The position numbers and the translations under genes were made by a program. Shown piece by piece: positions 46,693-57,217 of a stretch of 64,000 nucleotides of DNA. The notes beneath the pieces are model-generated. The model was not told the origin of the DNA and ran no database searches. It saw only the letters and a program-made list of their open reading frames with translations. This DNA comes from a virus. Positions within the stretch are counted from its first letter, which is position 1. Each line of letters opens with the position of its first letter. Location of the stretch: the IMG/VR virus record IMGVR_UViG_3300016472_000923; one strand, given 5' to 3'.

Positions 46693-48201
46693 TCATGCTA
46701 CGATTTTGCAATCTTGGTACCTGGCAAGTTCTGGGACATAATCTACCAGATGCACACCACGAGAATGATCTAGTCGAACATTGAATTGGAAAAATTCAGA
46801 TAGATCCTGCGGAATATATCGGGTCTGGAAATAGTTTAGATATCCATCGATGCTGCTGGCAAACAAAGGATCATTGTGATAACAATCTGTTTGTTGTACT
46901 TGCAGCAATGATTCTATCGCCAAGTCTTGGTCAGGAAAAAGATATGGCGAGAAATTTTCCGCCATGTTACAATGCACCAATGTGTTTGAAAAATTCTTAT
47001 CTATAAACTGATACAAGTGGTGCAAATGCGCTATGTTGTAGATACTAACCGTGGTATTGACATGTACCTTGTGACCGCGAGAGCGCAGTATCTTCCAGTT
47101 GTCGATGATATCTTGCCAGGCACTGGGCCATCTGATATAATGATTGAGACGATCATACCCGTCAATACTGAACACGAAGTGCAAATTTTGGAAGTGTGGC
47201 AATAAAGACAACAGTTTTCCGTTAAAATTTGTACCATTGGTGTTGACCAATATTTCGATATGGGTCTTGTTTTGTTCTATACACTGCTGCAAAAATGCAT
47301 AGAATTCTTTCATCACCGTGGGTTCACCACCTGCTACATAGACCTTGAACGCGTGGTCTAAATCCACGATGTCAAAACCGGTTTTGTGTTTTTGTCTTGT
47401 AATCCGGGTCTTGGGAATTATGCCGATCTGACGGTATTCTCTTTCGATGAGATGGCTGTTTTCTGCATTGCAAGTCCGGCATTGCAAATTACATTTGTTA
47501 CTGGCTCGCACTTCATAGTAGGCTGGTTTTTCTAGCTTGGCAAGATCGTCGAGATCGTTTATACCCAGACGATGGGCCCATTCCACTGTTTCCTGCTGTC
47601 TTGCACTAATGATACCTTGGCTTTCTAACCTATAGCAGGCCGAACAATGTTCTGGTATCATCTCGCCTGCTAACATTTTCTCTCGTATGACCTGATATCC
47701 GGGATCGTTACGGAAATCTTTGAAGTCCTGTAGTTTGGTCACGGGCTGCAAGGATCTACAACACACAGTGGTATGATCGTAGTTGACTAACAGTTCGACA
47801 AAAGGAAAAATACAGAAGCTCTTGTTCGATTCTACCAAAGCCGAGAAAAAAACAAAGGTCTGTCGCATGGCCTCATCGATGAAACGCACCGGAGCAACAG
47901 TCCTGGTCACGGCCTGTATTGTGCGAAAAAATCCATCAGGATGGCTCCATTGTTCCATGGGTTGATCTAGAACAACAACCTCGTCAAACTCATCCATCAG
48001 TCGTACCAGTCTACCAAATTCCATGTCATAGATGCTGCTGTGATAATATCCGGGCACAGCATAGGATGATTGAACTGCCGGCTGTTCTAATTCAGAAATA
48101 AGACCATGGCACACTGAGCCCTCGTGTCTGCTCAAAAGCCTTGTGCGAATATCTGTATCTTCGGTATTATTCCCCAAGCACAGTATTTTTTTTGACATCA
48201 T
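46693..48201 (-). CDS. Radical SAM protein with an auxiliary Fe-S (twitch/SPASM-like) domain
   Basis: CNLQCRTC, GGEP, TNGT, SIDG; upstream C..PF..CC..C..C. Confidence 0.85.
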   Translation of the reverse strand: MMSKKILCLGNNTEDTDIRTRLLSRHEGSVCHGLISELEQPAVQSSYAVPGYYHSSIYDMEFGRLVRLMDEFDEVVVLDQPMEQWSHPDGFFRTIQAVTRTVAPVRFIDEAMRQTFVFFSALVESNKSFCIFPFVELLVNYDHTTVCCRSLQPVTKLQDFKDFRNDPGYQVIREKMLAGEMIPEHCSACYRLESQGIISARQQETVEWAHRLGINDLDDLAKLEKPAYYEVRASNKCNLQCRTCNAENSHLIEREYRQIGIIPKTRITRQKHKTGFDIVDLDHAFKVYVAGGEPTVMKEFYAFLQQCIEQNKTHIEILVNTNGTNFNGKLLSLLPHFQNLHFVFSIDGYDRLNHYIRWPSAWQDIIDNWKILRSRGHKVHVNTTVSIYNIAHLHHLYQFIDKNFSNTLVHCNMAENFSPYLFPDQDLAIESLLQVQQTDCYHNDPLFASSIDGYLNYFQTRYIPQDLSEFFQFNVRLDHSRGVHLVDYVPELARYQDCKIVA

Positions 48202-49214
48202 AGTGTGTTGTAAATCTGTAACAATAATTTGGGATCGTAAAACTCGCTTTCAATCCGGGTGATCTGATCCACCACGATTTGATCCACACTTTCAAATTTC
48301 ACATCTCCGGGATTCATGTCCTCTTCTAACACAGATCTCTTGTTGGGTATCAATGCCATCTCTCTCAGCCCGTGCTTGGTGATGAAAGTTTCTTTGATGT
48401 AGTTGGCTTCTTCGTAACTGATCTCGATGTCCAACTGAACCCGCACATGCATATTTGGCTTCAATATCCGCTCGGCATTGTCTATCACATGGCTGAGATC
48501 CCAGACATTGTACAAGGGTTGATCCGGCCAAGCATGATATTCAGGGTCCTTGCCCCATTCCAGGATCATCATACCTCGATGGCCATCGCCGGCATCGGCG
48601 AAATTGTGTGGGAACGCATTGCCAATATAGTTGATGTTACGCTTGTTCTGTCGAAGATGGAAATGTCCAGAGAACACCTGATCATAGTGACCAAAGTGCT
48701 CTACAGCGATTTCCCCGTGGTCGGGCATTTCTACCATGGCGTTCATTTTGAAGTGTGGCAACTCAAAATGACCAAACATGTATCGGGCATTCATTTTGGC
48801 GATCTTTTTGTGATCGTCGCCCACCAACCAAGGTGCGATTATGACATCACCTTCTTCAAACCAATCATTACAGATATGGATGTTGGGTATGTGTCGAGCC
48901 CATTCTGTGGAATAGATATCACGCCGGTCTCTATAGTAAAGATCGTGATTGCCGGGAATGAAATAGAATCGATCAAATGCAGCGCTCAACTTCTCCAAGG
49001 CCCTGAGGCTGTACTGTAAAGTCTGCATGTTGATTGACGCCCGATGGTGGCTCCAGTCGCCCAGGAACATTCCGGTTTCGCAGCCATGTGCTTTGGCAGT
49101 GGCAATGAACCAGTCCACAAATCGCTCGCAGTCCTGATTGTGGAGCAGACTGTTTGACTTCAGTCCAAAATGGATGTCGGTAAACACCGCGGTCTTGCGG
49201 AATAGATTAGTCAT
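48198..49214 (-). CDS. gp47: Recombination nuclease (Mre11/SbcD-like)
   Basis: TDIHFG, LGD, GNHD, GHFE, SGHFH. Confidence 0.92.
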   Translation of the reverse strand: MTNLFRKTAVFTDIHFGLKSNSLLHNQDCERFVDWFIATAKAHGCETGMFLGDWSHHRASINMQTLQYSLRALEKLSAAFDRFYFIPGNHDLYYRDRRDIYSTEWARHIPNIHICNDWFEEGDVIIAPWLVGDDHKKIAKMNARYMFGHFELPHFKMNAMVEMPDHGEIAVEHFGHYDQVFSGHFHLRQNKRNINYIGNAFPHNFADAGDGHRGMMILEWGKDPEYHAWPDQPLYNVWDLSHVIDNAERILKPNMHVRVQLDIEISYEEANYIKETFITKHGLREMALIPNKRSVLEEDMNPGDVKFESVDQIVVDQITRIESEFYDPKLLLQIYNTL

Positions 49215-49220
49215 TTGACG

Positions 49221-49249
49221 AGTATACTATTCTGCAGAAGAAATCGCAA
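49221..49249 (-). promoter_or_regulatory. sigma70-type promoter giving a leaderless gp47 transcript
   Basis: TTGCGA-N17-TATACT, then 6 nt to the ATG. Confidence 0.6.
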
Positions 49250-50120
49250 CCGCTGATGCCGCGGCTGTGGTCCCGGACTGCGAATACTGGCGTGTCCATG
49301 ACGGATTCAGTCCATTCATCTCCAGGATGTCATCCCGGATGTTCTGCATCTTTTTTTCGATGTTGAGCACTCGAGTAAAGGAGTTAGTGATGGCTGCTGT
49401 GTAGTAGGCGAAAGGATTCTGCGATTTGGATTCATCAAACTGCAGTCCGATCTGGCTGAGCTGTAGCAGGGCCTGACCGCGCATTTCTTCGTTGTAAGTG
49501 TATCCGCGCCAGTTGCTTCTCGTGGCATAGCGTTCGCACAGTTTCATGAACATCTGTGCCAATTTGCGAGTCATGTTGCCGTGATCGCGATTGTATTCTC
49601 CGGTGTCCACATCGCCCAGCCAGTGGCTTTTGCCCACGATGTAAGGTACCTTGTGGTCGGTCACTCGGTAGTGGAAAAAGGGTGGGAAATTCACACGCAC
49701 ATGTGCTGTATCCAACACCGGTTCGTCGATGAGGTCCGCCAAAGGATCCTCAGGCGGCAGTTCTTCAAACCCCAAGATATCTTCGATCTTTTTCTTTTTA
49801 GTCTGGGACTTGGGAATCTTTTTGGGCGCCTTGGGTATGTGTTCCCATGTCATCACACGGAACACTAGATCAGTGTTGGCTATCTTTTTTTCATTGACTT
49901 CTTGTCCGGTTTCTCGGGTCAACCTTGCGGCCCGGTTGCGTCGTGCTTCGGCTATGGTGCGCTGGTTGATCTTGCTGGCGCTGCTCAGGATTATGTCATA
50001 CTGATGATCGTTTTTAGGATCACGGAATGCGCAGTAGGTGTTCTTGCTGAGATGTATTTCTTTGAGTAAGTCGCGGTTGTTAAGGTAGTTTACCTTGGGC
50101 GTGGGAGCGATGATAGACAA
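49227..50120 (-). CDS. gp55: Late-transcription sigma factor
   Basis: YLNNRDLL, NWRGYTYNEEM, FDESKSQNPFAYYT..ITNSF.R....EK. Confidence 0.88.
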   Translation of the reverse strand: MSIIAPTPKVNYLNNRDLLKEIHLSKNTYCAFRDPKNDHQYDIILSSASKINQRTIAEARRNRAARLTRETGQEVNEKKIANTDLVFRVMTWEHIPKAPKKIPKSQTKKKKIEDILGFEELPPEDPLADLIDEPVLDTAHVRVNFPPFFHYRVTDHKVPYIVGKSHWLGDVDTGEYNRDHGNMTRKLAQMFMKLCERYATRSNWRGYTYNEEMRGQALLQLSQIGLQFDESKSQNPFAYYTAAITNSFTRVLNIEKKMQNIRDDILEMNGLNPSWTRQYSQSGTTAAASAVAISSAE

Positions 50121-50240
50121 CTGTGTTTCTCCTTAGGATCTATTTATTGTACAGGATTTGACACAGATGTCAAATCTTTGACTCCATAAAAATAGCCGTT
50201 TTTGATCTCGGTAAATACTGCGATAGGATCCTGATCACAC

Positions 50241-53200
50241 ATGCCACAGATACAAATCAACGGAGAATTGCGAGAAGTCAGCCAGGCCGAATATGATGCC
50301 TTGACCCAGAATGGTCAGGCTTCTACTCCTGCTGCAGGTTCTTACGAACAATATGCTGCTGCCAGGGCCAAAGAACAGGCCGTCAACAAGCTGGCCGCTG
50401 GAGACGCCGCGGTAGGCGAAACCACCAATGTCAGCCCGGAATTCCGTCAAGAACTCACCAACATCAGGACCAGCGCTGATTCGGCAGCCGGCAGCAACAA
50501 AGATGCCTATGCGCAGCGATATGCACAAGAAGAGCAAGACCTTTACGCCAATGCGCCTTCCAGCAGAGCTGCGCTAGAGGCAGAGTTATCTGCGCCAGCG
50601 CCAACCACACAGCCTGGTGCAGTGGGCGTGGGCGTGCCTTATCAGCAAGGCACCGATGCACAGGTGGTCGGTACACTAAACACAGCCAATCCCATACCCA
50701 ATCAACCCACCGGATCGATAGTGAGCTCACCTGTGCGAGGACTCACAGATGGCGGCATCACTTCGGGTGCACCGGCCGTGGGTGCTGAGTCTGCGCCCAG
50801 TTATCCTACCGAAGATCCTCAAATCCCCCCACCGTCCACTGAAGGTGCCGGACCGTTTACACCACCACCACCGCCTGATGCTGCTTTCTTGCAAGCCCAG
50901 GTGGCCCAAGAACAACGGTGGCAGCAGGCCGCTGCTGCCAACCCTGAAGGCATACAGGACAACGGATCAGTTAAAACAGTCAATGATGCTGGAGTCGCTA
51001 CCACTATCAATCGCGACGGATCCTACGAAATCAGCGATGCCAACGGAACATTCCGTTATGATGCTGCCGGACAAGAAACATCCTATACTTCGCCCACCAT
51101 TAACGGTTTCTCAGTGACCACAACCCCCGACGGTGTTCAGTACACCAATTACACCCAAGGGCCACTGACCACTTCGACCATAACCAAAGATGGCGAGCCC
51201 ATCAGCACCACTGTATCATATGATACAGGTGTCACCAGATTGACCTCTATAGAAACCGCAGGCGGCCAGCCTGTCGGTATCGTTGATGTTGCTCAAGGCG
51301 GCGGCGTGACAGAAAGATTGGTAGTCAATGCCAACGGCGAGATCGTCAGCCAAGAACAGATAATACAAACAAGCAAGCAAGTGGCTTCTGAAGCCGAGCT
51401 CCAGGCCATCGCTGAAAATCAAAAACTGCGCGAAGATCTCATCGCAGCCAAGCAACAAGTAGATGCTGGCACGCCGCTCAGTGCAGAACAGACAGCAGCA
51501 TTGGAACAGCAGGCTGAAGCAGCTAGAGAAGCCGATGCTGATCTGGCCGCTGCTGAACAAGCCGTGGCCGAAGCTGATCCCACAGTGGTGCCTGCCGGAG
51601 AAGATCCACAGGTTGATACTTTTGTTGATCCTAATGAAGATCCTTTGCCCAGCCTTGACACAGTAGAGCTGGCGCCTGAAGCAGTTGACACAGCCGCTGA
51701 TCCCGAAGTGGCAGCAGCTGAAGCTGCCCAGACACCCGAAGAAGTTCCCTTGACCGAAGTCGACACAGGTCCGGCGCCGTTGACCGACGAAGAGATCGCA
51801 GAGTATCAGGCACAGACCGCTGTGGATCCTGGTGAAACAGGAGCCAGATTCCAGGAACCTTTTGTCAGCGATGAAGCCGCAGCAGCCGAAGCAGTCTACT
51901 TTGAAGAAAATCCCGAAGAGATAAGGGCAGTGATCGATGCACCAGAACCGCCTGAAATAGAATCTACCAGCGAAGAGGTCGAACTCTCCCTGGAAGAAAT
52001 TGAACAACAAGTGGCCGAAACTGAAGCCGATACCGAACTCACAGCTGAACAAGAGGCCGCTGATCCCGAGATAGCACCACAGGATGATTTTGCGGTACCA
52101 GACAGCGAGATCGATCGTGGAGATGACCTTGTGGTCACAGACACCGGCGGCGTTCCGACCCAAACTTTGGCAGAATTCGTTGGTGAGGACACTGGCGGAG
52201 TGCCCACAGAGTCACTGGCCAACATCGACGGCGACACAGGATTCGTGCCATTAGATGATCCGCAGTTTGGTACATTTGCCGGAGACACCGGTGGTGTACC
52301 CACGCAGTCGCTGATAGATATCGATGGCGACACTGGTTTTGTGCCCCAGGACGATCCGCAGTTTGGTACCTTTCAAGAACAAATCGAGGAACAGCAAGAT
52401 CTTTTTGGTGATCAAGACAGCGATCTCACTGTCACAGATACCGGTGGTGTCCCAACCCAGACTCTAGCAGATTTCACCGGCGAAGACACCGGTGGTGTGC
52501 CCACGCAGACACTGGCTAATCTCACAGTCACGGACACCGGCGGAGTACCCACACAGTCCTTGGCTGACATCGACGGTGACACTGGTTTTGTGCCGACGTC
52601 GGACATACGCATCAATCCTGACGAAGTATCTGATACCGGTGGAGTGCCCACACAGACTCTGGCCGATCTGCAGACTGACCCTGGACTGCTGCCGGACCAA
52701 GTCGCGGCCCAGCAAGCAGCCCAACAGCAGGCCACGCTAGATCGTGCGCGCCAGCAGGCTATCTTGCAACAGCAAAGGAAACAGGCCAACGACGGAGATT
52801 GGCGGGTCAAGTTGCGCCTGGCGCCCGGAGCACAGTATCTCTATCGTGCTGCACAGCCCGGAATCCTGCAACCCTTGGCCGTGACCGATGGTGTGGTATT
52901 CCCCTATACTCCCCAAGTCACTACGGCCTACAAGGCTACCTACAGTGCCTATGATCTCACACACTCAAACTATCGCGGATATTTCTATCAAGGCAGCCAA
53001 GTAGACGACATACAGATCAACGCCAAGTTCACCGCGCAAGACAGCAACGAAGCCAACTATCTCCTGGCCGTGATACACTTTTTCCGATCAATAACCAAGA
53101 TGTTTTACGGCAATGATCCACAGCGTGGTGCACCTCCTCCCTTGGTGTTTCTGCAGGGATTTGGTGAATATCAGTTCAATCTTGCACCGTGTGTTGTAGC

Positions 53201-53552
53201 GCAATTTAACTATGTGCTCCCCGACAACGTCGACTACATACGAGCAGGAAGTCCCAACATCAATGGAACCAATTTGTTGCAAAGACGCACTAGGCAAGAC
53301 CTGCCTACCAATTCTTTTTCGTCGGCCTGGGGTCGCATACAAAGTGTGCTGGGAGCGCAAGGCATCAAGAAAGGTGCCGTGCCTTCGCCACCCCCACCCC
53401 CTACCTTGGGTACCAACAGGCCAACCTATGTGCCCACGACCATGGATATCAACATTATCTTGCATCCCATCCAGAGTCGCAGCCAGGTTTCAAAACAGTT
53501 CAGTCTGCAACAATATGCCAGCGGAGATCTGCTTAAAGGAGGATTCTGGTAA
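50241..53552 (+). CDS. Baseplate/tube-cap-like protein with an ~850-aa acidic, repeat-rich N-terminal extension
   Basis: C-terminal DWRVKL, FPYTP, THSNY, TKMFYG..GAPPP domain; DTGGVPT repeats. Confidence 0.65.
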   Translation: MPQIQINGELREVSQAEYDALTQNGQASTPAAGSYEQYAAARAKEQAVNKLAAGDAAVGETTNVSPEFRQELTNIRTSADSAAGSNKDAYAQRYAQEEQDLYANAPSSRAALEAELSAPAPTTQPGAVGVGVPYQQGTDAQVVGTLNTANPIPNQPTGSIVSSPVRGLTDGGITSGAPAVGAESAPSYPTEDPQIPPPSTEGAGPFTPPPPPDAAFLQAQVAQEQRWQQAAAANPEGIQDNGSVKTVNDAGVATTINRDGSYEISDANGTFRYDAAGQETSYTSPTINGFSVTTTPDGVQYTNYTQGPLTTSTITKDGEPISTTVSYDTGVTRLTSIETAGGQPVGIVDVAQGGGVTERLVVNANGEIVSQEQIIQTSKQVASEAELQAIAENQKLREDLIAAKQQVDAGTPLSAEQTAALEQQAEAAREADADLAAAEQAVAEADPTVVPAGEDPQVDTFVDPNEDPLPSLDTVELAPEAVDTAADPEVAAAEAAQTPEEVPLTEVDTGPAPLTDEEIAEYQAQTAVDPGETGARFQEPFVSDEAAAAEAVYFEENPEEIRAVIDAPEPPEIESTSEEVELSLEEIEQQVAETEADTELTAEQEAADPEIAPQDDFAVPDSEIDRGDDLVVTDTGGVPTQTLAEFVGEDTGGVPTESLANIDGDTGFVPLDDPQFGTFAGDTGGVPTQSLIDIDGDTGFVPQDDPQFGTFQEQIEEQQDLFGDQDSDLTVTDTGGVPTQTLADFTGEDTGGVPTQTLANLTVTDTGGVPTQSLADIDGDTGFVPTSDIRINPDEVSDTGGVPTQTLADLQTDPGLLPDQVAAQQAAQQQATLDRARQQAILQQQRKQANDGDWRVKLRLAPGAQYLYRAAQPGILQPLAVTDGVVFPYTPQVTTAYKATYSAYDLTHSNYRGYFYQGSQVDDIQINAKFTAQDSNEANYLLAVIHFFRSITKMFYGNDPQRGAPPPLVFLQGFGEYQFNLAPCVVAQFNYVLPDNVDYIRAGSPNINGTNLLQRRTRQDLPTNSFSSAWGRIQSVLGAQGIKKGAVPSPPPPPTLGTNRPTYVPTTMDINIILHPIQSRSQVSKQFSLQQYASGDLLKGGFW
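52140..52670 (+). repeat. Ten DTG(G/F)VP peptide repeats
   Basis: Seven DTGGVPT(Q/E)(T/S)L and three DTGFVP units. Confidence 0.85.
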
Positions 53553-53851
53553 TGGCCGTCTATAATTCAACTAGCCCGTATTTTGATACCACTTACAGTC
53601 AGTTTTACTTGGATGTCATGACCAATAGACCCATTCCCAAAGAAACGGATGATCAGATATTGAAACTGACGGAGGTATATCAGTACCGACCTGACATGCT
53701 GGCCTATGACCTCTACGATCTGCCAGAACTTTGGTGGGTGTTTTATCAGAGGAATCCCAACACTCTCACAGCACCGCCTTGGGATTTTGTTGCTGGCACT
53801 GAGATCTATCTGCCCAAGATAACCACCCTTCGCGCTGTGTTGGGATTCTAA
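53552..53851 (+). CDS. Baseplate wedge protein, gp53/LysM-like
   Basis: YQYRPDMLAYDLY....LWWVF. Confidence 0.75.
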   Translation: MAVYNSTSPYFDTTYSQFYLDVMTNRPIPKETDDQILKLTEVYQYRPDMLAYDLYDLPELWWVFYQRNPNTLTAPPWDFVAGTEIYLPKITTLRAVLGF

Positions 53852-53854
53852 CCA

Positions 53855-55390
53855 ATGGCCAGCCTAGCAGCACTACAAGCCCAAAGAGGCAAACTGATCG
53901 AGCAGATATCGCAGAGCGAGGCTGCCAAACAAAGAGCCGAGAGTTCAGCAGCTCGATATCAGCGTATTGCTCAATCCTCCACGAACCCAAAAGTCCGTAA
54001 CGAATACGAAAGCCTAGCAGATGAGGCCCTGGGCGAAGCTCAACTCCAAGCAGCCAAGATCACTCGCTTGAACGGAGAACTGCAACAAGTTGACACTCAG
54101 ATAGCCCAGGTACAGAGCCAACAAGGGGCACAGGTCAGTTCTGGTCAAGTTGTCAAACAAGCGCAGACAGCCCGAGACGACGGTGCCAGCGCTGTCAGTC
54201 CTCCGCCACCGGTGTTGGTCAATGAAAATGGTCGCGTATCACCAGCGCAAGATCGTCCAGCTACCAATGCACAAAAACCCACAGCAGGCACACCAGGGGC
54301 AGTAGATACCGGCACTAATGCTGCCACGCGTCGCCAGGCAGTCACACAGAGCACTCCTCCTGTCACTGCCACCCCTGGTGGTGCTAGACCATCCACTGGG
54401 TCACCATCACCGGCACCCACACCTACTCAGCAACGAGGAGCCGCCGCTGGCAGTGATGATTCCGGTGCCACACCGGTCAGGGTGCGACTCAACAACCTGT
54501 TTGGCGGTCTAAACAATCGCATCACTCCTCAAGAAAATGTGTTGGACCAGTATGCCAGTTATACCTACAACATCGCGGTTTACCTAATGAGCCCCGCACA
54601 GTACAAGACCTTGATCCGCAGCAAGAAAAGGACGGTGTCGGGCTATCAATTGCTGTTCATGAGCGGCGGTGCTGGTCCCTCAGGATCGGTGGTGCCTGCC
54701 AATCAGATCACTGCAGAAGATCCTGTGCTGGCAGCGCAAGAAAGGATCGCCAATCTTGGGCGCAATGAGTTTTTCAGCCTTGACTACTACATCGATGATG
54801 TGCAAGTCAAAAGCCTTATCCCTGGCAAAGCCACAGGTGGCGCACACAATGTCACAGAGTTAAAGTTCAAGGTCATCGAACCCTATGGTTTGACCTTCTT
54901 GGATAACCTCTTTGCTGCTACCCAACAATATATCATTGTGTCGGGTGGTGATGTCAACAAAAATTACGCAGCTCAGAATTACCTCATGGTCATCCGTTTC
55001 TATGGATATGACGATCAAGGCAACTTAGTGCAGGCCAGTCGCAGCGGACAAGACGCTGCCGGCACTGATGTCAATGCTGTAGTGGAAAAATTCATACCTT
55101 TCCAGTTCACCGGCATCAAGTTCCGCATAGCCAACAAGGTGGTAGAATATGATTGTTCTGCTGTGTGTCCGCAGTATAATGTCAACACCGGTGCCAGCCG
55201 TGGCGTGATACCCTACAATATCGAATTACAGAGCCAGACACTGAAAGATCTCTTGACCGGCACCCCCAAATTTGCTGCCAACAACAGCGAAGGAAGAGTG
55301 GTGGGAACCACAGCGCAGCCTGCTGCTGGAGCACGAACCCCGACCAACACCCAAGGTCTGGGCATGCTGTCTGATGTGCAGGGAGCCTAG
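53855..55390 (+). CDS. Baseplate hub-like protein, N-terminal part
   Basis: NVLDQYASYTY, YYIDDV, FKVIEPYG..FLD; lies between gp53 and gp5. Confidence 0.55.
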   Translation: MASLAALQAQRGKLIEQISQSEAAKQRAESSAARYQRIAQSSTNPKVRNEYESLADEALGEAQLQAAKITRLNGELQQVDTQIAQVQSQQGAQVSSGQVVKQAQTARDDGASAVSPPPPVLVNENGRVSPAQDRPATNAQKPTAGTPGAVDTGTNAATRRQAVTQSTPPVTATPGGARPSTGSPSPAPTPTQQRGAAAGSDDSGATPVRVRLNNLFGGLNNRITPQENVLDQYASYTYNIAVYLMSPAQYKTLIRSKKRTVSGYQLLFMSGGAGPSGSVVPANQITAEDPVLAAQERIANLGRNEFFSLDYYIDDVQVKSLIPGKATGGAHNVTELKFKVIEPYGLTFLDNLFAATQQYIIVSGGDVNKNYAAQNYLMVIRFYGYDDQGNLVQASRSGQDAAGTDVNAVVEKFIPFQFTGIKFRIANKVVEYDCSAVCPQYNVNTGASRGVIPYNIELQSQTLKDLLTGTPKFAANNSEGRVVGTTAQPAAGARTPTNTQGLGMLSDVQGA

Positions 55391-55392
55391 TC

Positions 55393-57216
55393 ATGACCGG
55401 CAGCCTATTTGATCTTCAACTTGGCGGAACCGGCGCCGGTGATGGAGCAGCCATCGCGGTAGGTAACCAACCGGCTGCCAACGCGGGCAAAACAGGTGCC
55501 AAGACAGCACAGGCTCCAGCCCCCAGCAAGGCCGATGCGGCCCGGAACAAGACTTTGGTATCTGGATTGGTCGATGCCTTGAATAAATTTCAAGCCGAGA
55601 TATCGGGCCCGGAAAAAGACAAGCCTCAACTCTATCCTGACACCTATAATATAATCATAGTAGACGAAGTACTCCAGCAGGCCAAAGTAGTTCCTCCTGG
55701 CCAGACCAATCTCAAACAGACGCCAATGACGCAGGCCCAGACTGCCAACCAACAGAAGAACCCTGCCACACAAAAGGTCGACAACAATGCCAAGACCACC
55801 AAGGTCATAGCGGGTACCAGCATCGTGCAGTTTTTGGATCAGTTGGTTCGCACCAGCACCTACATCTATGATCAGCAGATAGCCATCTATGATGCCAAGA
55901 CCAAAGAGCTCAAGCCCAACGGCACACCCGCAGAAACCGTGGGTTGGTACAGGATCGGCTTAGAAGCCACACCGCAGTTGGACAAGTTTGATACCAAGCG
56001 CAACGACTATGCCTATGACATCACCTATCAGCTCAACATCTACGCTGTCAGCGATGTCAAAAGTGACTTCTTTCCCAGTCCCAAATTCCGCGGCACACAG
56101 AAAAAATACAACTACTGGTTCACCGGTGAAAACACACAGGTTCTGGATTTCAGTCAGGATTTCAACTATCTCTACTACATCGTCAGCAACGGCCCACGGC
56201 AACCTCGTACTACCACCAGTGATTTCCGAGAAGTAGAAAAAAGATACTACCAGGTCAACAGTCCGCAGAGCAGCCAGGGGCAAGACGACGACAAGGTCAA
56301 CGAGCCCAGTGCTAATGCTGCTGACTATCTCTACAGCCCAGGCGATCAAAGCCGTGTCAAGCTCAAGATCATAGGTGATCCAGCTTGGATCTTCCAAGGC
56401 GAGACTTGGTCAGGTGTACAGGGATTGAAATTCAACTACGGACCGTTCTTGCCTGACGGAACCATCAATTATGAGGGACAAGAAATATTGTTTGAGTTGG
56501 CATGGAACAAGCCCGCGGATTACGATCTCGAAACAGGTATAGCGGATCCCACTACCAAAAATTTCAAAAAAACAGCAACCTCTGCTGGTGAAGCCCGACA
56601 GAGTTATGTTTACAAGGCCATAGAGTGTACCAGCACTTTCAGCCGCGGCAAGTTTGAACAGGATCTCAATGGCGTGTTGATGATCTATCCCATACCCCAG
56701 ACCACTGCCCGCGCCGAAGCCAATGCAACTCCTACTGTGCAGACATCAAGATCAACCACTGCGCCCACAACCGCCAAAAAGGTAGCAGCTCGTCCCAATG
56801 CTCCAGCGCCCAGTGGCATACGGGCAGACACAGCGGATCTCGCTGTCACCGACACCATGTCCGCAGAAGGATTTGGTGGTGTGGTTGGAACCAGCCCAGC
56901 TCCTACACCGCCCACCAGCGGTGGTCAGGCCGTGGGGCCAGCAGCCGGCACAGCAGCCAGTCAGCAAGTAGCAACGACCAGCGGACAAATAGCCACAGGC
57001 ACAGCCCAAGGTCAACCGGTGTCGGTGCCTGTGAGGACGACTTCTGGATCTACAATCAATGTGACCGATCAAGGAGAGATCAGCGATCTGTATGTAAATG
57101 ACAAGATCAGTCGTGCCGAATACGAGCGGTCACTGGCCAGATTAGAACTAAATCAAGCGCGGGCAAACTCACCAGTGACGAATAAACCCAATCAGAAGAT
57201 AGCTAGAGCAACATAA
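55393..57216 (+). CDS. Baseplate hub-like protein, C-terminal part
   Basis: KKYNYWFTGENT.VLDF, LKIIGDP.W, STFSRGKFEQDL. Confidence 0.55.
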   Translation: MTGSLFDLQLGGTGAGDGAAIAVGNQPAANAGKTGAKTAQAPAPSKADAARNKTLVSGLVDALNKFQAEISGPEKDKPQLYPDTYNIIIVDEVLQQAKVVPPGQTNLKQTPMTQAQTANQQKNPATQKVDNNAKTTKVIAGTSIVQFLDQLVRTSTYIYDQQIAIYDAKTKELKPNGTPAETVGWYRIGLEATPQLDKFDTKRNDYAYDITYQLNIYAVSDVKSDFFPSPKFRGTQKKYNYWFTGENTQVLDFSQDFNYLYYIVSNGPRQPRTTTSDFREVEKRYYQVNSPQSSQGQDDDKVNEPSANAADYLYSPGDQSRVKLKIIGDPAWIFQGETWSGVQGLKFNYGPFLPDGTINYEGQEILFELAWNKPADYDLETGIADPTTKNFKKTATSAGEARQSYVYKAIECTSTFSRGKFEQDLNGVLMIYPIPQTTARAEANATPTVQTSRSTTAPTTAKKVAARPNAPAPSGIRADTADLAVTDTMSAEGFGGVVGTSPAPTPPTSGGQAVGPAAGTAASQQVATTSGQIATGTAQGQPVSVPVRTTSGSTINVTDQGEISDLYVNDKISRAEYERSLARLELNQARANSPVTNKPNQKIARAT

Positions 57217-57217
57217 A

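Noticed and set aside
52140-52670. Aspartic protease DTG motifs
   Set aside because: They occur as tandem repeats in a disordered region with no protease-fold context
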